Assembly: GCA_020029595.1 (NCBI GenBank) | Contig: JAIBJN010000002.1 | Span: 844 to 64,843, forward strand | From: Actinomycetota bacterium | GTDB taxonomy: Bacteria; Actinomycetota; Thermoleophilia; Gaiellales; Gaiellaceae | Reading direction: 5' to 3' | DNA length: 64,000 nucleotides | In this document: in pieces, positions 53,787 through 61,389 of the stretch | Layout: the number at the start of each line of letters is the position of its first letter | How positions within the stretch are numbered: the first letter of the stretch is position 1 | Position numbers and translations under genes: made by a program | The notes under the pieces: model-generated | The model's input: the letters and a program-made list of their open reading frames with translations, nothing else | Told to the model about the DNA's origin: nothing | The model's database searches: none

Positions 53787-55324
53787 CAGGACATCGTCGA
53801 GGAGAGGGCCGGCACCGACTCCGGCGTGCCGGAGGGGCGGTCGCGCCACCTCGCCGGCGCGAGGTTCCGAGCGAGGAGCACGACATCCGACCAGGCTGCA
53901 GCGAACAGAGCCCTGATCGTGACCAGATACGCGGAGGCCCCGACGAGGCCGACCCCGGCAAGTGTGACCGGCGCCGGCAGGCCCGCCGAGGTCAGGAGCT
54001 CTCGGAGCGGAAAGCCGGCGGCGAGGAGCGCCGCGCTTCCGACCACCGCCGGGGCGAGATCGGTGAGCAACCGGCGCATCGGAACGCCGACGTGGGGCCC
54101 GAGCAGCAGGCCGTAGACCCCGACGAGGATCAGGACGTACACGCCGACGACGCCGACGCAGACGGCGGTCAGACCGCGACCGGCCGTGGCGAGCACCACG
54201 GAGACGTACACCACGAGGACGGCGAGATTGAAGTGGAGCAGCGTTCGCGGCCGGCCCACCGCGAGCATGACCTGCGGGTAGCCGGTTAGCACGGCGGCGA
54301 TCATGCCCGCCACCGCGAGAATCTGGGTCGGAACGACCGCGCCGCGCCAGGGCGACCCGAAGAGCCACGGGATCAGGACGGGTGCCACCACGATCAGGAG
54401 GGCGAGCAGCGGGACGACGGCCGTCGCGTGCAGCCGGGTGGCGCGCTGGTGGAAACGCCGCAGCTCGGCGGGAGTGTCAGTGCGCGAGTAGATGGGGAAG
54501 GCGAGGCGAAGCATGATCCCGCTGATCTTCTCCTGGTAGCCGATGCCGAGCTGGAAGGCCCGCCAGAAGAGCCCCGTCTGGGTCGGGCTTACGCGGGTCG
54601 CCAGGATCACGTAGGGGGCGGTTGAGAAGGCAACGTGCACGAGGCCGGCGAGCGCGGCCGGAACACCGAAGCCCGCAATGCCGCGGGCGGCACGGCGGCT
54701 TCCCCGACGCATGCCGTACGGCGCCGCCGCGTAGAGCATGAGGGAGCTTGTGGCGGTCGCGGCGAGCGCACCGCCGATGAGTGCCTCGGCGTCGAGGCCC
54801 CTCAGCGCGAGCGCGATCGAGAGAGCCGCGCCCACGGCGAGAGAGAGCACCTCCACGACGCTCACCCGGCGGAAATCGAGGCGCCGCCACATCGTCGCGC
54901 GAGGCACCGCGCCGACGCTTGCGAGCAGGAACACGGGCGAGACGAGCGCGATGAGCCCGGCCACGCGCTCTCCGAAGAGCGGCTCCCCGAGGGGTCGGGC
55001 GAGCGCGAAGGTGAGGGTGCTCAGGAGCAGCCCGGCGACCAGGCTCATCACCACGGCGCTGTCGCGGTCGGTCTGGGTGACGCTCTTCCGCTGCACGAGC
55101 GCCGAGGCGCATCCCTCGAAGGTGAGGATCACGGCCAAGGGCACGATGGCCAGCGGGACGGCCGCGCGCCCGAATTCCGCGGGCGACACCATCCGGGCGA
55201 GGGCGACCGCCGCGGCGAACGCAAAGATCTCGGCGGCGACGCGGGCCAGAGCGACCCAGCGCACACCTCTGAACGTCGCGTCGCGCAGCGACTCCGAGGG
55301 CGCTTGACTGAGCTGGTCGGTCAT
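53786..55324 (-). CDS. MOP-superfamily polysaccharide flippase (Wzx-like)
   Basis: From ATG 55324, 512 aa, about 12-14 TM helices. N-terminal FRGVRWVALARVAAEIFAFAAAVALARMVSPAEFG is typical of Wzx-type 'polysaccharide biosynthesis protein'. Confidence 0.8.
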   Translation of the reverse strand: MTDQLSQAPSESLRDATFRGVRWVALARVAAEIFAFAAAVALARMVSPAEFGRAAVPLAIVPLAVILTFEGCASALVQRKSVTQTDRDSAVVMSLVAGLLLSTLTFALARPLGEPLFGERVAGLIALVSPVFLLASVGAVPRATMWRRLDFRRVSVVEVLSLAVGAALSIALALRGLDAEALIGGALAATATSSLMLYAAAPYGMRRGSRRAARGIAGFGVPAALAGLVHVAFSTAPYVILATRVSPTQTGLFWRAFQLGIGYQEKISGIMLRLAFPIYSRTDTPAELRRFHQRATRLHATAVVPLLALLIVVAPVLIPWLFGSPWRGAVVPTQILAVAGMIAAVLTGYPQVMLAVGRPRTLLHFNLAVLVVYVSVVLATAGRGLTAVCVGVVGVYVLILVGVYGLLLGPHVGVPMRRLLTDLAPAVVGSAALLAAGFPLRELLTSAGLPAPVTLAGVGLVGASAYLVTIRALFAAAWSDVVLLARNLAPARWRDRPSGTPESVPALSSTMS

Positions 55325-55436
55325 CAGTGTGGAGGGGCCCGGCGGCCGCTCACCGTCTCGAAAGACGAACGAAGCGGAGTCGAGCAGACTTCCGCTCTCG
55401 CAGAAGCGAAGCGACCGGCCCGACGTTCTTCTGGTG

Positions 55437-56618
55437 ATGGCGATCGCGGTCGCGCTCGAATCCGAGCCCAGGGTGGAGCCACGCGATGTCGTGTTTGCGC
55501 TGTCGTTCACCACCTGGAGCGGGGCCGTCGGCCGAGGCCTCTGCATGCCCGAGGATCGGCTGGCGGCCGCCCTCCCCTCCTCCGAGCGCGTCCGGCGCCT
55601 GCTTGTCTGCGACCCCTACCGCAGCCTGCCGGTGAAGACCGCCCGCACGCTCCTCGGGTCGCGCGAGGCGCCGTTTCCCACCTCAGAGACCGTGGGGCTC
55701 CACCAGCCGCTGAGGCTCCGCCGCTTCGACCCGACGAGCGTGCGGGCAATCGAGCGCTCGTTCGCCGCGTACGACCGGAGCGTCCGCCAGGCGGCCGAGG
55801 CGCTCGGACTCGAGCGGCCGGCGATCATCACGACGCACCCGCTCCTGGCGGGGTTCGGACGCTTCGAGTGGGCCGGCGCGGTGACCTACTACGCCTGGGA
55901 CGACTGGGCGGCGTCGCAGCCGCATCGCCGCTGGTGGCCCTCGTACGGCGAAGGGTTCGCACGCATCCGTTCGTCGGGACACCGCGTCGTTGCCGTGTCG
56001 GAGGCCGTGCTTCGCCGCGTAGCTCCCACCGGCCCTCAGGCCGTCGTACCCAACGGTGTCGAAGCCTCGGAGTGGCTTCGTCCGAGGCCGGCGCCGCCCT
56101 GGTTCGCCGAGCTGTCCCGGCCGCGGCTCCTCTACACGGGAGCTCTCGACGGTCGCCTGGACGTCGCGCAGGTGGCCCGGGTGGCCGACGCGCGTCCAGA
56201 GGCCTCGGTCAGCCTCGTCGGGCCGGTTCAGGACGAGAGCCACCTGGCACCGCTGCTTGGCTTGCCCAACGTCCGGCTCTTCCCGCCCGTGGACAGGTGT
56301 GAGCTTGCCGGTCTCGTCGCCGCCGCCGACGCGTGCCTCATTCCCCATGTCCGGACCGCCATGACCGAGGCGATGAGCCCGCTGAAGCTCTACGAGTACC
56401 TGGCCGCGGGCCGGCCGGTCGCAGCGGTTGACCTGCCGCCGATCCTCGGGGTGAGCCCGCGAGTCGCCCTCGCTCCCGCGGGGGGCGACCTTCTTCCGGC
56501 CGTCGAGCGCGCGCTCGACCTCGGCCCCGCGGCGGAGGGGGAGCGACGACGCTTCATCGCGGAGAACGCGTGGGAGCGTCGCTTCAAGCGGATTCTCGAC
56601 GTCGCTCTCGCGCCGTAG
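55437..56618 (+). CDS. GT-B glycosyltransferase (GT1/GT4-like, TuaH-like layout)
   Basis: Track ORF 55329..56618. Likely start at ATG 55437 (393 aa). C-terminal ...IPHVRTAMTEAMSPLKLYEYLAAGRPVAAVDLPP is the nucleotide-sugar binding E-x7-E region. Confidence 0.7.
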   Translation: MAIAVALESEPRVEPRDVVFALSFTTWSGAVGRGLCMPEDRLAAALPSSERVRRLLVCDPYRSLPVKTARTLLGSREAPFPTSETVGLHQPLRLRRFDPTSVRAIERSFAAYDRSVRQAAEALGLERPAIITTHPLLAGFGRFEWAGAVTYYAWDDWAASQPHRRWWPSYGEGFARIRSSGHRVVAVSEAVLRRVAPTGPQAVVPNGVEASEWLRPRPAPPWFAELSRPRLLYTGALDGRLDVAQVARVADARPEASVSLVGPVQDESHLAPLLGLPNVRLFPPVDRCELAGLVAAADACLIPHVRTAMTEAMSPLKLYEYLAAGRPVAAVDLPPILGVSPRVALAPAGGDLLPAVERALDLGPAAEGERRRFIAENAWERRFKRILDVALAP

Positions 56619-56630
56619 CGGGCGCTGCGT

Positions 56631-59600
56631 CTATCGCGGCCCGAAGACCCGCCCGGCCCGCCGCCAGGTAACGCCGGCCCCAAAGCCGAGCCTGGAGACC
56701 TGGGTCTTGGTGAGTCGGAAGTCGTTTCGGGCCGGGGCACGAAACTGCGGCCGCACCGACCTGTCGCGCGACTGCGCGCCCCAGTTCCACCCACCCGTGA
56801 TCACGTTTCGATACTGGTTGAGCACCGCTGGGTCGCGGTAGTCGGACTCGTAGCCCGCCTCCACGACCATGCCGTTGAAGACGTTGTTGCGGACGATGAG
56901 ACCGCGGTTGTCGTTCTCCTGCAGGACGACGGGGGCCTGGACGTTCCAAACGGTATTGCGCGCGATCACGGCGCCGATCGTCCGGTACAGCTGGATCTGC
57001 CAGAACGGGCCGCTGACGCGCACGAAGAGGTTGTTCGCCACCACGACGTCGCTGACGCGGCCGTCCTTGATGAAGAACCCCTGGCCGCGGTTGTCGTGGA
57101 CGTAGTTCCCGCGGAAGACGAGCCCGTCCCCGCCCCACACCGTCTGGAGGGTGTCGTTGTGGGAGCCGTTCTCGATCACGCCGGTGATCTCGTTCCCCTC
57201 GACGACCACCTGGCGGAAGTTGGTCAGGAACAGGGCGTCCGTGCTGGGCCGAGCGATGCGATTGCCGCGGATCGTCACGTAGCGGACGGGCGGCAGGTCC
57301 GTCGCGTTCGGGTCGGGCGCTCCCGGGACGTTTGCCGCGGTCGAAACAAGCTCGACACAGTTGTCGCAGTCGTGGATCGAGTTGTGCTCGATCAGAAGGT
57401 GGTGCGTCCCCCACTTCGCCGACACGCCGCGAAGATTGGAATCCAGGATCTGGATGTGATGGGCGCCCTCGGGCGCGAGGTCGACCTGGCCGTTCACGCG
57501 CACCCGCCTCACGCGCATGTAGGAGGCCGTCGGGGAGAAGTTGAGGTCGGCGAAGAAGACGCTCGCGCCTGAAGAAGGTCTGATCGTAACCCAGCCGGTT
57601 CGGCTCCCGCTGAGAAGAGCAGAGCCGTAGCTGCCGCCTCGCACGTAGACCGTCCCTCCGTTCGGCGCTCTCCGCACTGCCGCCTGCAGCTCGCTGACCG
57701 AGTCGACGACGATCGGCCGAGGCGCGGCCTCCACTCGACCTTCCGAGGACACGAGCGCGGCCGCGGCCACGGTGGCGGCAACGAGGGCGCGCCCGGCCTG
57801 ACGGCTCGGAGCCGCCTTTGCAGCAGTGCGGTGCAGGGGCGTAAAGATGATCGCGGACGGTGATCGCGGGACGACGGCAGCCTGGCTGATCAGCCGCAGG
57901 CCGGACGGCCGCTCGATGGTACGCATCGCCGGTTTGGGCGCTGTGTGCACCGTGTTAGCGTCCTGTAAGGCCGCCGCCGCAGGGAGCCGCGCGGCAACGG
58001 GCGGAAGCAGCGCGAGAACCTCAAATCCCCGTGACGGATACGTTCCTGCGGCAGGAGCGCCGAGATCGCCCAAGACGAGCGTGCTCGCGGCCTCCTCCCG
58101 CAGCCACGCGCCGAGCCTGCGGTTGTAGTCCACGCCGAAGGTGCGGGAGCCGAACGGAGTGAAGTCCCGCGCGCCGACGACCGCAAGGCCGACGTGCTCC
58201 CGCTGCAGCGCACGGACTGCGGCGAGCTCGTCCGCGGGAGAGTCGAGCAGACCCGGGAGCAACATGAGCTCCGGGAGCGCGGGCCGGCGAGCGGTCATGA
58301 AGTAGAGACCCCCGTCCGAGGGCGCCGCCAGGATCGCGTCTCCCGGTCCCGTCGTCTCCCCCACGACGTCCACGGCAGCCTGGATCGCCGGGGCCGAGCG
58401 CTCGTCGGCGATGTACGTGCCCCGCGCGGTACGGACCGGCGTCGTGCGGTCGGCGTAGAGACCGACGAGCGCATACAGCGCCAATCCCAAGGCGACGGCG
58501 CCGAGCGCGGCGAGCACGGCCGACCGCGCAGCGGGCCAGCGGTCCGCGACGCGCTGGTGGAGGAGGCCGGCGAGAAGTACGAGCGGTGCCGCGTAGTACG
58601 GCGCGTACGAGCCCTCGCCGGTGAACGCGTTGTAGGCGCGGAGACCGAGGGCGGTGGTCGCGGCGAGAAGCGCGAGGTCGACCGCCCAGGAATCCGAAAA
58701 CGGCGGGGGGCGCCGACGGACGAAGCGCGTGCCCGCCCACGCGGCGACGGCGGCGGCCAGGAAGGGCAGCCAGCTCATCCCGATCGTCAGGTGATGGACT
58801 TCCTGCTCGATCGCCGCGCGCTGGTCGGGGAACGCCCCGACCACGCGGACACAGATGTCCAGCGCGAGCAGGGCCGCGACCGCGGCCGCCGGGGGAGCGG
58901 CTGCGGCGAGCAGGCGATGCAGACCGCCGCGCCCGGACTCGCGCCAGCCAACGACGCCCGCGACCAGGCCCGTGAGTACGAGCCCGTAGACCGCCCCGCG
59001 CCCCACCAGGCCGGCGAGGCTCTCGAGGGAAAACGGCATCCAGTGCTCCTGGGAGCGGAAGCCCGCCTGGCGGATGAAGTCGACCGGCCACAGGTTCTCG
59101 GTGAAGAGCCGATTCGCGCCCGCCTGGGCGGCGAAGACTCCGAGGATCGCTCCGGCGATCGCGACGGCCGGGAGAGCAAGCCGAACCGCCGCAGCGCTCG
59201 CCGCCCGGCGCCCTGCGTCGCGCCAGGCCCCGATCGCATACGCGACCGACGCCGCGACTGCGACGGCGGCGAACTCGGGCCGTGTGAGCGCAACCAGGCC
59301 GATGGCCACCCCGGCGAGCCACAGGCGACCCCGCGTAAGCGCGAGCAGCTGCAGCAGCAGGAAGAGGAGTCCGATCGTTGCCGAGTTCGTGTGCGGGAGG
59401 ACGAAGTTGAACGCCGTACCGGAGAACCCGATCGCCAGCAGGACCGCCGTCGCCAGGCCCGCCGCCACGGGCCGCAGCCAGTGCCGCGCCAGGGCGTAGA
59501 AGACTCCGAGGATCGCGGCGGCCTGCACGAGCCCGAACACGAACGCAACGGTGAAGCTCGGGCCGAAGAGGCGGAAGGCGCCGGCCAGCCCGTAGAGCCC

Positions 59601-59840
59601 CAGCGGCCCGTAGAAGTAGCGTACGTCTCGGTAGGGCACGTCACCGTGGGCGACGAGGTCCGCGGTCGTGAGCTCGGCGCCGGCGTCGATCTCGGGGTTC
59701 CCCCACTTGCGCCAGGTCAGCCCCACCATCAGCATGAAGACCAGCCCGAGGACAACGAGAGCTGCGGCGTCCTGCGTGAGGTGAAGGTGTCCGGCCCGCG
59801 CGCGCTCGGGGCACGTCGCGCTCCGCGGGTCGACGCTCAC
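56631..59840 (-). CDS. polytopic GT-C-like membrane protein fused in frame to a C-terminal right-handed beta-helix domain
   Basis: From GTG 59840 (GTGA overlap with the upstream flippase-like gene), 1069 aa with no in-frame stop. The N-terminal roughly 630 aa have many TM helices plus a first-loop acidic motif NPEIDAGAEL...YRDVRYFYGPLG. The linker contains KAAPSRQAGRALVAATVAAAALVSSEGRVEAA. The C-terminal part is GGTVYVRGGSYG...HNSIHDCDNCVEL...VVVEGNEITG...VVANNLF...IARNTVWN... (beta-helix repeats). Confidence 0.7.
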   Translation of the reverse strand: MSVDPRSATCPERARAGHLHLTQDAAALVVLGLVFMLMVGLTWRKWGNPEIDAGAELTTADLVAHGDVPYRDVRYFYGPLGLYGLAGAFRLFGPSFTVAFVFGLVQAAAILGVFYALARHWLRPVAAGLATAVLLAIGFSGTAFNFVLPHTNSATIGLLFLLLQLLALTRGRLWLAGVAIGLVALTRPEFAAVAVAASVAYAIGAWRDAGRRAASAAAVRLALPAVAIAGAILGVFAAQAGANRLFTENLWPVDFIRQAGFRSQEHWMPFSLESLAGLVGRGAVYGLVLTGLVAGVVGWRESGRGGLHRLLAAAAPPAAAVAALLALDICVRVVGAFPDQRAAIEQEVHHLTIGMSWLPFLAAAVAAWAGTRFVRRRPPPFSDSWAVDLALLAATTALGLRAYNAFTGEGSYAPYYAAPLVLLAGLLHQRVADRWPAARSAVLAALGAVALGLALYALVGLYADRTTPVRTARGTYIADERSAPAIQAAVDVVGETTGPGDAILAAPSDGGLYFMTARRPALPELMLLPGLLDSPADELAAVRALQREHVGLAVVGARDFTPFGSRTFGVDYNRRLGAWLREEAASTLVLGDLGAPAAGTYPSRGFEVLALLPPVAARLPAAAALQDANTVHTAPKPAMRTIERPSGLRLISQAAVVPRSPSAIIFTPLHRTAAKAAPSRQAGRALVAATVAAAALVSSEGRVEAAPRPIVVDSVSELQAAVRRAPNGGTVYVRGGSYGSALLSGSRTGWVTIRPSSGASVFFADLNFSPTASYMRVRRVRVNGQVDLAPEGAHHIQILDSNLRGVSAKWGTHHLLIEHNSIHDCDNCVELVSTAANVPGAPDPNATDLPPVRYVTIRGNRIARPSTDALFLTNFRQVVVEGNEITGVIENGSHNDTLQTVWGGDGLVFRGNYVHDNRGQGFFIKDGRVSDVVVANNLFVRVSGPFWQIQLYRTIGAVIARNTVWNVQAPVVLQENDNRGLIVRNNVFNGMVVEAGYESDYRDPAVLNQYRNVITGGWNWGAQSRDRSVRPQFRAPARNDFRLTKTQVSRLGFGAGVTWRRAGRVFGPR

Positions 59841-61300
59841 GATCGCGCCGGCCGCAGCGCGCCCACCAGGACCCCGACCTGGTGGCGGGCGACGAGCACG
59901 ACGCCGCCGCAGTACAGCACGGTGCCCACCGCACCGGCCACGAGGGTCGCGGGCAGTCCGTCGGCGAGCAACTCTCCGACGGCCGCCCCGGCCCCGAAGG
60001 CCGCGGCCGCGAGCGCGAGGAAGCGGAGCGCGTCGCCGGCGAGCTCCCGCGCGAGCCCGCTTGCCCCCGGGCCCGCACCCGTCCGCACGAGGACGACGGC
60101 GAAGAGCGCCGGCGCAACGGCCAACACCGCGATCGTCCCCTCCACCCCGAACACCTTGCTCGCGACGACCGTCGCCGCGACGTGGACGACGAGCAGCGGT
60201 AGCGCCAGCACGTTGACCAGGCGAGCGCGCCCCAGGGCGAACATGAACGGGAGGAGCAGGTTCACCAGCAGCGCGAAGACCGTCCATGAAACCAGCAGGA
60301 CTGTGAACGTGCGCAGCGTCTCCACCCCTTGGGCGTCGAGGCTGGCCGGGAAGAGCTCATGGATGAGCGGCGCGCCGGCCGTCACGAGAGCGGCCAGGGC
60401 GGGCGCCACGAGCAGCATCGCATACCGGAAGCCGACTGGAACGGTCGCGGCCACGACCGCGCGTCGCGCGGCCCGCGCCTCGCGCGTCATGTCGGGGATA
60501 CGCGACATCCCGAGCGCCACCCCCGTGCCGGCGACGAGGTAGCTCGCGAAGAGGTAGGCGTAGGACAGCACCGTAGCGTCGCCGGGCGCCGAGTGGCTGA
60601 CGTAGGCGAGCGTCACGACAAAGAGGGCGCTGAACGCGAGGTAGACCGCCGTGCGGCCCAGGAGGAGGCCCGACCTGGCAACGAGCGACCGCAGGCGAAA
60701 GGCGCCGGTTCGGGGGCCCAGCCCACCGGCAGCGCGCAGACCGGCGAGCATCCAGCCCGAGGTGACCACCGCCATGGCGAGCATCGACCAGCCCAGGGTG
60801 AGCTCGCCCGCGCTCGACATGACGGCGAGGTACGTGAGGAGTCCCGCCAGCGCGCCGGCGACGTAGCTCGCCGCGACGGTCGTGAACCGCCCTCTGATGG
60901 CCAGGACCGTGGCACCCCCCGCCGCCCAGAGCTGGAGGACCGTCGCGGCGCCGAGAACCGGCAGCGCGGTCTCGGTGACGACCCGGTCCTCGGGCGCGAG
61001 CCCGGGGGCGAGCAGCTGGGCGAGGGGGCCCGCGAGCGGCCCCGTGGCAACGAGGACGGGAACGGCGAGGAGCCCCAGCCCGGCCGCAAACTCCCGCACG
61101 CTCAGGCGGGCGCCGGGCTCCACGAGCAGCGGCACCGAGGTGAGGCGCAGGCTCTGGCTGAAGACGCCGAACGTCGTGTAGAGGGCGAAGGCGACGAAGA
61201 ACCCGTCGGTGCGGCCGGTGACGCCGAACTCGCTCAGGTACAGGACTGCCTGGATCGCCGAAGCCGCGGCCATGGAGAAGGTCGCGAGCGACATCGCCAT
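59837..61300 (-). CDS. polytopic membrane protein, MOP-flippase (MurJ/Wzx)-like
   Basis: C-terminal part of track ORF 59837..62515. From ATG 61300 (GGGAGG 11 nt upstream; ATG 61327 is an alternative) it is 487 aa with about 12-14 TM helices. The layout is MurJ/MviN-like (N-terminal ...AASAIQAVLYLSEFGVTGRTDGFFVAFALY). Family assignment is tentative. Confidence 0.55.
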   Translation of the reverse strand: MAMSLATFSMAAASAIQAVLYLSEFGVTGRTDGFFVAFALYTTFGVFSQSLRLTSVPLLVEPGARLSVREFAAGLGLLAVPVLVATGPLAGPLAQLLAPGLAPEDRVVTETALPVLGAATVLQLWAAGGATVLAIRGRFTTVAASYVAGALAGLLTYLAVMSSAGELTLGWSMLAMAVVTSGWMLAGLRAAGGLGPRTGAFRLRSLVARSGLLLGRTAVYLAFSALFVVTLAYVSHSAPGDATVLSYAYLFASYLVAGTGVALGMSRIPDMTREARAARRAVVAATVPVGFRYAMLLVAPALAALVTAGAPLIHELFPASLDAQGVETLRTFTVLLVSWTVFALLVNLLLPFMFALGRARLVNVLALPLLVVHVAATVVASKVFGVEGTIAVLAVAPALFAVVLVRTGAGPGASGLARELAGDALRFLALAAAAFGAGAAVGELLADGLPATLVAGAVGTVLYCGGVVLVARHQVGVLVGALRPARS

Positions 61301-61389
61301 GCCTGCGCGCGCCTCCCGCCTGCGCATCGGCGCGGCGGGCGCCCGCAGCAGCCGCGCGGGGAGCGGGTGGCTGTATCGGCCCATGTGGA

